From NCBI GenBank assembly GCA_031283155.1, contig JAITCI010000032.1, positions 7,175 to 71,174 on the forward strand: a stretch of DNA of 64,000 nucleotides, in the 5' to 3' direction. This document shows positions 26,371 to 34,784 of the stretch, in pieces (the stretch's first letter is position 1; each line of letters starts with the position of its first letter). The position numbers and the translations under genes were made by a program. The notes under the pieces are model-generated. The model was not told the DNA's origin. It did not search any database and worked only from the letters and a program-made list of their open reading frames with translations. The DNA comes from Spirochaetota bacterium (lineage in GTDB: Bacteria; Spirochaetota; JAGLSM01; JAKPMW01).

Positions 26371-27109
26371 ACCTTTGCCCGCCCTGTCTTCCGCTTTTCC
26401 CGAAACGCGCGCCCTCTTCGAAGAGCGCAGTTGTGTCTTTCTGCTTGCCGATCTCGCCGCCATTCCGCAGGAGGAAGCGCTCGCGGCGCTTCTGCCCGAA
26501 GAGCGCGCGATATCCGATTCGATGGCCATCGCGCGCCGACATGAGTTTGCCGTGGGGCGGATGCTCGCCCATGCGGCGCTCGCGCGTCTTTCGGCGCGGG
26601 ATGCGCCGATTCTGCGCGGGGAGCGCGGCGAACCGCTCTGGCCTGAGGGCATAGTCGGGAGTATCGCGCACACCAAACAAAAAGCGGCGGCTCTCCTCGC
26701 TGCGCGCCGGCCGGATATCTCCCCGCCCGGGATCGATCTGGAACATATTGCGCGCGGACTCTCCGATCCCGCCTGGGAGCATATACTGAGTCCATCGGAA
26801 GAGCAATTTTTCTCCCGTTCTGCGGCGCAGGCGCTGCGGATGATCGTTTTTTCCTGCAAGGAGAGCCTCTATAAAGCGCTCTACCCGGTATGCGGGGAAT
26901 ATTTTGGCTTTCATGACGCCGGGGTATCGCAGGAGAGCGCCGCCCTGCTGCAAGCGCGATTTTCGGATGCTGCGCAAGGCGCGCAGCAATCCGGTTGGCT
27001 GACGCTGACGCTGCATCGCGCCTTATGCGCGTTTCCCTCGGGCAGCGCTTTCTCCTGCCATTACGAGATCGACGACGAGGATGTGCTGACGGTGCTTATG
27101 CCAAAATGA
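26363..27109 (+). CDS. 4'-phosphopantetheinyl transferase (Sfp/EntD type)
   Basis: GSIAHTKQ...GIDLE and FSCKESLYKA motifs. It overlaps the dehydratase gene by 8 nt. Confidence 0.7.
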   Translation: MREPLPALSSAFPETRALFEERSCVFLLADLAAIPQEEALAALLPEERAISDSMAIARRHEFAVGRMLAHAALARLSARDAPILRGERGEPLWPEGIVGSIAHTKQKAAALLAARRPDISPPGIDLEHIARGLSDPAWEHILSPSEEQFFSRSAAQALRMIVFSCKESLYKALYPVCGEYFGFHDAGVSQESAALLQARFSDAAQGAQQSGWLTLTLHRALCAFPSGSAFSCHYEIDDEDVLTVLMPK

Positions 27110-27121
27110 GCGTTCCTTGTA

Positions 27122-28534
27122 TCAATGCGGTACCGGGTCTGTATCTTCATCATCTTTGGGACAGACGATGTTCAGGAAGATGGCTATAATGGCGGCAGGC
27201 ACAATGCCTGATCCCCCGAAAATTAACTGAATGGCGTCCGGCAGTTGCGATAAAATAGTTGGGCTGGAACCCATTCCAAAGCCGAGTCCCAGGGATACCG
27301 AAACGATTGTGACAATACGCGGCGTAATTTTTTCCTTTGTGATCAGCTGGATACCGCTTACAACGATGGAAGCGAACATCATCACCGCCGCTGCGCCCAA
27401 AACGCTTTGGGGCATAGCGGACACCACTGCGGCCAGTTTCGGGAATAATCCGCAGGCAATCAAAAAGACAGCGCCCAGGGATATCGCAAACAGATTGACC
27501 ACTTTTGTCATTGCTACCAAACCCACATTTTGGCTGAAAGATGTATTGGGCAGTACGCCGAAAATGGCGGCAAAAGTGGAACCCAGTCCGTCGCATATAA
27601 TACCGCCGGAAAGTTCTTTGTCTGTAGGTTCCCTGCCCATGCCGCCTACGGTAATGCCCGCGATATCGCCTACGGTTTCCACCGTGGTCACAATAAACAT
27701 AATGGCTATGGGAATAATGGCTGCCAGGTCAAATTCAATGGGTACGGGAAACAAAGAGGGAAGCGACAGGAGCGAGGCTGCTTCCACGCCGCCCCATTGC
27801 AGCACCCATGAGCAGGCGCGCTCCGCGCCGCCCGCGTCTGTGTATGTAATGGGCAGCATAAGCCCCATGACGGCGCAGACAACGTACCCGGTAATTATTC
27901 CAAACAAAATGGACGCCAAACTGGTTATGCCTTTTGTAAAATGCTTGAGCGCTACAATAACGACGAGCACAATACAGCCAACGAATAAGTTAGCCGCAGA
28001 GCCGAAATCGCCCGCCCCTGCGCCGCCTCCGAATGAGTTTATGCCCACAGGTATAAGGGAAAGGCCAATGGCCATGACCACGCATCCGGTGACGACGGAA
28101 GGGAAAAATTTCCGGAGGGGTTTCAGGAATATACCCAGCACACCCTCAAACAGTCCGCCGATAATGCTTGCGCCCAGAATGGCACCATAGGCATATACAT
28201 TCCCGCCCAAACCGGCGCCTATGCTCCGGCCTACGCCAATAAAACCGGAGCTGGTACCCATAACGATGGGCAGCTTTCCTCCTATGCGCCCGATTGGGAA
28301 TAACTGCACCAATGTGACCACGCCCGCGACGAACATGGCGCTTTGAATGATCAAAATTTGTTCAGGAGAGCCCGACACTATTCCGCACGCAGTGCTGATA
28401 ATAATGATGGGCGCCAGGTTTCCGGCAAACATGGCCAGTACGTGCTGCATACCCAGGGGGATCGCCTGTCTGAATGGCAGCCGTCCGGATATTTCATACG
28501 GAGAAGAATACGTAATCTGTTTTTCCATTTTCAT
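27122..28534 (-). CDS. nucleobase:cation symporter-2 (xanthine/uracil permease family)
   Basis: 470-aa polytopic protein with NCS2 signature regions (QHVLAMFAGNLAPIII, gate-like GGIICDGLGSTFAAIFG). Confidence 0.8.
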   Translation of the reverse strand: MKMEKQITYSSPYEISGRLPFRQAIPLGMQHVLAMFAGNLAPIIIISTACGIVSGSPEQILIIQSAMFVAGVVTLVQLFPIGRIGGKLPIVMGTSSGFIGVGRSIGAGLGGNVYAYGAILGASIIGGLFEGVLGIFLKPLRKFFPSVVTGCVVMAIGLSLIPVGINSFGGGAGAGDFGSAANLFVGCIVLVVIVALKHFTKGITSLASILFGIITGYVVCAVMGLMLPITYTDAGGAERACSWVLQWGGVEAASLLSLPSLFPVPIEFDLAAIIPIAIMFIVTTVETVGDIAGITVGGMGREPTDKELSGGIICDGLGSTFAAIFGVLPNTSFSQNVGLVAMTKVVNLFAISLGAVFLIACGLFPKLAAVVSAMPQSVLGAAAVMMFASIVVSGIQLITKEKITPRIVTIVSVSLGLGFGMGSSPTILSQLPDAIQLIFGGSGIVPAAIIAIFLNIVCPKDDEDTDPVPH

Positions 28535-28710
28535 ATCCTTCCTTTATCTGATTATATACCAGGATGTCTTCTTTTACAATAAGCCGCGTAATTTATTCCG
28601 GTTATTCGCGCGTAAAAGTATCAGATGTATTTTCTTTTCGCATATATGTGTGCATAATGGATAATCATAAATAGCCGATTAAAGCACAGACGCTGGGGAG
28701 GTTGACTGCC

Positions 28711-31410
28711 ATGCAATTTTTTCTGAACGGAAACGAAGTGAGCTGCGATACAAATCCCGAGCGCAGTTTGCTGCAATATTTGCGTGAAGATAAGCATATT
28801 ACCTCCGTAAAAGATGGCTGCTCCGCCCAGGCCGCTTGCGGCGCGTGTATGGTCGAGGTGGACGGGAAACCCCGCCTCGCCTGCGTCACACGTATGTCCT
28901 CCCTTGAGAATGCGCATATTACAACCATCGATGGCTGGCCGGAGAACGTGCGGCAGATTTTGGGCCGCGCTTTTGTGGATGCGGGCGCTGTGCAGTGCGG
29001 CTTTTGCACCCCGGGTATGCTCACACGGACAAAAATTCTTCTTGAAAATAATCCATCGCCGACACGGCAGGAGATCATCGCCGCGCTTAAACAAAACGTC
29101 TGCCGCTGCACCGGGTATGTGAAGATCATCGAAGCGATAGAACTTGCCGCGCGCGCGCTTCGCGCCGGGCGCGGGATCGAGCTGTATGCGCCCGGAAAGG
29201 TGGGGACGCGCCAGCCTAAATACGACGCCTGGTATAAGGCTATCGGGCAGAGTCCCTTTACCAACGATTTGACGCTTCCGGATATGCTCTTTGGCGCGCT
29301 GCGCATGAGTGATTACCCCAGGGCGCGCGTTCTTTCCATTAGCACCGAAAAGGCTGCCGGTATGCCCGGAGTCGAACGCATCCTGACCGCCGCTGATGTT
29401 CCGGGGCAGCGCAAAATCGGACTCATCGAAAATGACTGGCCTCTTTTTATCGCCGCAGGCGAAATCACGCACTCCATTTCGGACGTTTTGGCCTGCGTGG
29501 TTGCGGCAAGCGAGGAGCAGGCGCGCGCGGCAGCGGCGACAATAGAGATTGCGTATGAGGAATTGCCGGTTGTTTCGGATATGGAAATCGCGGCGCGCGG
29601 CGGGATACAGGTGCATGACGACAGGCCAAATTTGGCAAAGGAATGTTTTCTTAAACGAGGCTGCAATCCGGATGCAGACGCGATCCTTGCGGCTTCCGCA
29701 CACGTTGCGCGCGGGGTTTTTACAACGCAGCGTGTGGAACACGCCTTTTTGGAGCCTGAATGCGCGATTGCGGAACCCTGGGTGATGGACGCCGACGTGC
29801 GCACAGCCGCGCGGCGAAATGCTTTGACACCCGAAGGGGCGTCAAGGGCGCAGGATGCGGGCGTCAAAATATACACGCAAAGCCAGGGGCCGTACGAGGA
29901 TCGAAGGCAGCTCGCGCTTCTGCTTGGTCTGCCCGAATCCAGAATCAATGTGGTACTCCTTGCTTCCGGCGGCGGCTTTGGCGGCAAGGAGGATCTGACC
30001 GTACAGGGCTTCGCGGCTCTTGCCGCGTATCTCATCAGGCGTCCCGTCAAGGTGCGTCTTACGCGCACCGAGTCAATCACGATGCACCCTAAACGCCATC
30101 CCTTTATTATGGAATACGCGGTGGGCTGTGATCGCCACGGCAAATTAACCGCAGTGAAGGCGCGGCTTCAGGCGGACACGGGTTCGTATCTGTCGGTCGG
30201 CTGTAAAGTGATCGAGCGCGCCGTGAGTCACGCTGCCGGCGCCTATTTTGTACCCTGCATGGACGTAGAGGGCCGGGCCTGGTATACAAATAACATTCCG
30301 AGCGGCGCGATGCGCGGTTTTGGCGTAAACCAGGTGGTCTTTGCGATGGAGTCCTGCATTGCGGAACTCTGCGAAAAGGGAGGGTTTGATCGCTGGCAGT
30401 TCCGCTATGATAACGCGCTGGTGGAGGGTTCTCTCTTCGCGTCGGGACAGATACTGCATAACGTAGCGGTGCGCGAAACCCTGCAGTCGCTCAAGGATGA
30501 TTTCTACAGGCATCGCTATACGGGAATTGCCTGCTCCATCAAAAACTGCGGGGTGGGCAACGGCATGAAGGACGAATGTGAAATCAAGGTGGAGATTGCC
30601 GCCCCTGATCACATCGTGCTGCATCACGGGTGGTCGGAGATGGGACAGGGTGTGGATACGGTGGCTGTGCAGATGCTCTGCGACAAGACCGGCATTCAGC
30701 CGGAGTATGTGACTGTGCGGGTGGAGACGCGGTTTGAGGCGAGGGCGGGGATGACCACTTCCAGCCGAGGCACCTCATTGCTTGGCAACGCTGTACTCAA
30801 TGCGGTGGCGAAGATACTCGCCGATATGGATACGGGAAAGACGATTGCCGATCTCGTCGGAAAGACATATCCCGGGTATTGGTGCTGCGACTGGAGTACC
30901 GAGATAGGTTCTTCCGACCCGCGCGAAAACGCGGCCTCCATGCCGCGCGCGGGATCTACGCCTCCATGCTCCGACCCGCCCTGTATACACTATTCGTATA
31001 GTTATGCAGCGCAGCTTGTGATTCTGAATGAAGAGAGCGGCAGGATTGAGCGGATTGTGGCGGCGCATGACGCGGGGCGGATTGTGAATCCCACACTCTT
31101 TGAAGGGCAGGTGCAGGGCTCGGTACACATGGGCATAGGCTACGCTCTTTCCGAGGATCTCCCGATGAAGGATGGGCGGCTTGTCCATACGCGCTTCCGC
31201 GAGCTTGGCCTCGTGCCGATAGCCGACGTGCCGGAGATCGTCGTGAAGGCGGTAGAGGTGCATGACCCGCACGGTCCTTACGGCGCGAAAGGTATAGGGG
31301 AGATCGGTCTCGTCGCGACGGCGGCGGCTATAGCAGACGCCTACGCCCAATATGACGGCGAGCGCAGATATACGCTGCCGCTCAAGCCCGTACAAAAACA
31401 GGAGCGCTGA
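28711..31410 (+). CDS. molybdopterin-dependent aldehyde oxidoreductase (xanthine dehydrogenase family, MOP-like: 2x[2Fe-2S] plus MoCo domains, no FAD domain)
   Basis: N-terminal CSAQAACGACMV and CGFCTPGM...CRCTGY clusters. A large C-terminal MoCo domain (GGGFGGK, ...EIG...). ATG 28711 with RBS ggggagg. Confidence 0.8.
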   Translation: MQFFLNGNEVSCDTNPERSLLQYLREDKHITSVKDGCSAQAACGACMVEVDGKPRLACVTRMSSLENAHITTIDGWPENVRQILGRAFVDAGAVQCGFCTPGMLTRTKILLENNPSPTRQEIIAALKQNVCRCTGYVKIIEAIELAARALRAGRGIELYAPGKVGTRQPKYDAWYKAIGQSPFTNDLTLPDMLFGALRMSDYPRARVLSISTEKAAGMPGVERILTAADVPGQRKIGLIENDWPLFIAAGEITHSISDVLACVVAASEEQARAAAATIEIAYEELPVVSDMEIAARGGIQVHDDRPNLAKECFLKRGCNPDADAILAASAHVARGVFTTQRVEHAFLEPECAIAEPWVMDADVRTAARRNALTPEGASRAQDAGVKIYTQSQGPYEDRRQLALLLGLPESRINVVLLASGGGFGGKEDLTVQGFAALAAYLIRRPVKVRLTRTESITMHPKRHPFIMEYAVGCDRHGKLTAVKARLQADTGSYLSVGCKVIERAVSHAAGAYFVPCMDVEGRAWYTNNIPSGAMRGFGVNQVVFAMESCIAELCEKGGFDRWQFRYDNALVEGSLFASGQILHNVAVRETLQSLKDDFYRHRYTGIACSIKNCGVGNGMKDECEIKVEIAAPDHIVLHHGWSEMGQGVDTVAVQMLCDKTGIQPEYVTVRVETRFEARAGMTTSSRGTSLLGNAVLNAVAKILADMDTGKTIADLVGKTYPGYWCCDWSTEIGSSDPRENAASMPRAGSTPPCSDPPCIHYSYSYAAQLVILNEESGRIERIVAAHDAGRIVNPTLFEGQVQGSVHMGIGYALSEDLPMKDGRLVHTRFRELGLVPIADVPEIVVKAVEVHDPHGPYGAKGIGEIGLVATAAAIADAYAQYDGERRYTLPLKPVQKQER

Positions 31411-31458
31411 CTTTACTTGCAGGACGCCCTAGCCCTCGCCTACGACCAGGATGGGAGT

Positions 31459-31617
31459 GTCCCGCGTTGGGCATGGATGCCCACCAACGCGGGAAAGAGC
31501 GTACATTACCCTACGGGTACTTCGCCGTGTACGCGCTCGGGTCAGAACATCCTGTTCTAGCCCTCGCAAGAGCGTACATCCATGTACGCGCTCGGAGCAG
31601 AACGTCCTGTTCTAGCC
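31459..31617. repeat. hairpin plus imperfect tandem repeat carrying two family-B palindromes (cagaacatcctgttctagccct / cagaacgtcctgttctagccct)
   Basis: Inverted repeat cccgcgttgg...ccaacgcggg at 31459..31493. The unit agagcgtacat...gtacgcgctcgg.gcagaac.tcctgttctagccct occurs twice (31486..31560 and 31561..31617). Confidence 0.65.
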
Positions 31618-32874
31618 CTTGAACTGCGAGAGGATGATGCTGGAGTTCTGTCCGCCAAAGCCAAAGCCGTTTGACAAAACGTGCCTGACCGCGCATTCGC
31701 GGGTTTCCGTTACGATGTTCAGATCGATCTTCGGATCCCTTTCAAAGATGTTGATCGAGGGATGGACGATCCCCTTGCAGAGGGCGAGAATGGCGGCGAT
31801 GGCCTCCACGCCTCCGGCGGCGCCGATCAGGTGCCCGACCATTGATTTTGTGCTGTGTACCATAATACGGTCGGCTTCCGCGCCGAAGAGGCGGCGCAGG
31901 GTGGTTGTCTCTGCGAGATCGCCGATATTGGTTGAAGTTCCATGCGCGTTGACGAGATCGATATCCGACGCGCTGAGCCCGGCCGATTCCAGAGCCATAT
32001 TTACGGACATCGCAATCCCGCGCCCATCGGGATGCGGCGCAACCAGATCGAAGGCGTCGCACGAGAGACCGTAGCCCGAGAGTTCGGCGTAAATCCGCGC
32101 GCCGCGCTTTTTTGCGTGTTCCAATTCCTCCAGGCAAACGACACCCGCGCCCTCGGCGAGTACAAAGCCGTCGCGGTTTTTGTCGAAGGGGCGGCTTGCG
32201 GTTTCGGGGGAGTCGTTTCTGCGCGAGAGCGCGCCGATGGCGCTGAATCCCGACAGACCGCTCATGTTGAGGCAGCTTTCGCAGCCGCCGGCCATCATAA
32301 CGTCCGCCGTGCCTGCCTTAATCATGGCGGCGGCGATCCCAATCGCGTGGTTGCTGGTGGCGCAGGCGGAGTTGACCGAAAAATTCGGCCCCTGGAAGTT
32401 ATAGTCCTTCGCAAAATAGGCCGGGGGTGTGTTGGGTATGACGCTGACCACGTAGAACGGGGATACAAATTCAACCGAGTTGTGTTTGTCGATGCTCTGG
32501 CAGGACTTATAATGCCCGGCGTTGCCGCCGTCGCCGGTTCCGATAATGGCGCCATAGCGGTACGGCGCGCTATCGACGTCTTCCCGCAGGATCCCGGAGT
32601 CCCTGAAGGCCTGCACGGCCGCAATCCGCGCAAATACTATGAAGCGTTCGAAGCGGTTTACCTTTTTTTTGGGGAGATAATCACCGATATTTTCGGGGAG
32701 GTCGACCTCTCCGCCAATTTTTACCGGAAGTATCGAAGTATCGGTATACTTGAGGGTACGGACGCCGTTTTTTCCGGCGATGAGGTTGTCCCAAAACTCA
32801 GGAACGGAGGCGGCGATGGGATTGATGGTTCCCATTCCCGTAATGACGACTCGTTTTTGGGCGGAATTCTGCAT
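31612..32874 (-). CDS. fabF: beta-ketoacyl-ACP synthase II
   Basis: Active-site Cys block (NSACATSNHAIG), His-His blocks (MVHSTKSMVGH, NGFGFGGQN), and a KVVITGMG N-terminus. ATG 32874 with RBS aagagga. Confidence 0.85.
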   Translation of the reverse strand: MQNSAQKRVVITGMGTINPIAASVPEFWDNLIAGKNGVRTLKYTDTSILPVKIGGEVDLPENIGDYLPKKKVNRFERFIVFARIAAVQAFRDSGILREDVDSAPYRYGAIIGTGDGGNAGHYKSCQSIDKHNSVEFVSPFYVVSVIPNTPPAYFAKDYNFQGPNFSVNSACATSNHAIGIAAAMIKAGTADVMMAGGCESCLNMSGLSGFSAIGALSRRNDSPETASRPFDKNRDGFVLAEGAGVVCLEELEHAKKRGARIYAELSGYGLSCDAFDLVAPHPDGRGIAMSVNMALESAGLSASDIDLVNAHGTSTNIGDLAETTTLRRLFGAEADRIMVHSTKSMVGHLIGAAGGVEAIAAILALCKGIVHPSINIFERDPKIDLNIVTETRECAVRHVLSNGFGFGGQNSSIILSQFKG

Positions 32875-33040
32875 TTTGAGGATCCTCTTTCGGTGCGCGC
32901 ACAACCTGATATTTACGGTATACCGGAGCGGCAGTAAAAGTCAAGCGCGCGGAACTATGAAGGGACTTTTTGACATTTTTTCAATTATATGCTATCACTT
33001 AAAGAACTCTATAAATCATTAAAATATTATGGAGGAATCT

Positions 33041-34741
33041 ATGCGGTTCTTATCGGGGTTATTGGGGATACTTCTTGTCGGGTTCGTGCCTTTGTTCGCG
33101 ATTGAGGTCGCGGAACAGGAGTTGCTGCAAAGCCAACCCGTTGATTTTGTCAATTACCGCGGGCAATTCACGCGAATTGTTTCGCCCGAGGAGTTCCGGC
33201 AAACCGGTCTCGGCATAGCGCGCGGCGCGACCGGTACGCGCTTTACAAGCGCAAACAGGTACACAATCCTGCGCGCGATTGATCCCAGGGAAGAAAAGGG
33301 GTTCGATGCGGACATATTTATGCTTGAGCCCGCCAGCGATATTGTGGATATCCGCGGGGTGCGGGCACTGCTTGCGGGATATATCGAGGGGCAGTACGGC
33401 TATAACGCCAGAAACGCAAGCACCCTTTCGCTTTTTGCCACCTATTATAACGCCATCTACCGTGGGCGCATGGATTATTTCCGAACCCAGTACAAAAATG
33501 TGGTAACAAGCCAGCTTGTTCCCGCGCGCGCGGGGATCGCGCTGGATTACCGCGCCTGGCCGGGGCGGACGCAGATTGTCGTTCCGTTGGGCGTTTTTGC
33601 GGGAAATACGCCGGAGATTGATCTGAACCAGTTCACGGGGCAGGACGTGATCGATACGCTCCGGCAAAAGCCGGACATGGGCGTTGAGGAGCGCAAGGAT
33701 CTCCTGGACATCAAACAGGAAGACCTGAACAAAAAGCAGGACGATCTCGACAAAAAAAAGGAAGCCCTGGAAGAAGACAAAAAAAAGCTTGAGGATACCA
33801 CCCAGGCCGTCACCATAAAGCAGGAAGAGCTTGAAAAAAAGCAGGAGGATCTGAAAAACGAAAAGGATCCGGTAAAACAGGAACAGATCCGCGAAGAATT
33901 AAAGAAGGACGAAAAGGGTCTGGAGCAGCTTAAGGAAGAGCTTAAGAAGGAAGAGAGCGCAGTCAAGGAAAAAGAGACTGTGATCGAAAAGGCCGAAGAG
34001 ACCCTCGAGAAAAAGAAAGAAGAAGTTAAAAAAGAAGAAGAGCAATTAAAGAAAGACGAGACGAAAGTCCTTGAAGACAAGCTCCCGCAGCCCGTCAAGG
34101 AAGAGTTGAAAAAGAAGGAAGACGAGCTCGAGAAGAAAACCGAAGCGCTTGAGAAACAAAAGACCGAGCTGGATACCAAAGCCGAAGAGCTGAAGCAAAT
34201 GGAGGAAGAGCTCAAAAAAGGCGAGCTGGATCGCAATATCTATGACGGCGGGCTGTATTATCTGAAAGTCATTGAGCCGCTCGACGACGGGCATTATAAA
34301 AATGAAATGGTACTCATCAACCCCATCTCGCGCAAGGTGGTACTCTCCTCGCCCTATAAAAATATATGCGGGCATCGTTACGATATTTTCAGCGAAGGCG
34401 CTGTGGTTATAGGTTATGACGGGAAGCACTCCAGCGGGCATTTTCTCGTCCTGCTTGACCCCAAAACCCTTGAGCTGACCGCGAAAGGCAAGGATCATGT
34501 GTACTGGAAGAGTTTTATAGAAGTGAAGCAGGATTCCATCTATACGATCATTCAGGATAACGGGTACTATTTGGGCAAGTTTGACAACAAGCTCTCGCCG
34601 GTGGCTCGTTCAAAAGAGAAGATTGACAGGGATAGTTTTATTTCTTTCTTTGGGCAATACGTATATGTAAATTCTCCAGACAGGACAATTTTTGTTTTTG
34701 ATGTCACGGATCTGAAATTGATAGATACAATCAAACCGTAA
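33041..34741 (+). CDS. exported protein with central K/E-rich coiled-coil region (possibly P83/100-antigen-like)
   Basis: Signal peptide MRFLSGLLGILLVGFVPLFA, roughly 170 aa of EELEKKQEDLK-type low-complexity coiled coil, and globular flanks. RBS ggagga. Confidence 0.5.
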   Translation: MRFLSGLLGILLVGFVPLFAIEVAEQELLQSQPVDFVNYRGQFTRIVSPEEFRQTGLGIARGATGTRFTSANRYTILRAIDPREEKGFDADIFMLEPASDIVDIRGVRALLAGYIEGQYGYNARNASTLSLFATYYNAIYRGRMDYFRTQYKNVVTSQLVPARAGIALDYRAWPGRTQIVVPLGVFAGNTPEIDLNQFTGQDVIDTLRQKPDMGVEERKDLLDIKQEDLNKKQDDLDKKKEALEEDKKKLEDTTQAVTIKQEELEKKQEDLKNEKDPVKQEQIREELKKDEKGLEQLKEELKKEESAVKEKETVIEKAEETLEKKKEEVKKEEEQLKKDETKVLEDKLPQPVKEELKKKEDELEKKTEALEKQKTELDTKAEELKQMEEELKKGELDRNIYDGGLYYLKVIEPLDDGHYKNEMVLINPISRKVVLSSPYKNICGHRYDIFSEGAVVIGYDGKHSSGHFLVLLDPKTLELTAKGKDHVYWKSFIEVKQDSIYTIIQDNGYYLGKFDNKLSPVARSKEKIDRDSFISFFGQYVYVNSPDRTIFVFDVTDLKLIDTIKP

Positions 34742-34784
34742 GTTTGTAATTCTGTTTGAGATACTTTTCCCTGAGGACGTGCGT

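Noticed and set aside
27231-28190. 319-aa plus ORF antisense to the NCS2 permease
   Set aside because: Shadow ORF.
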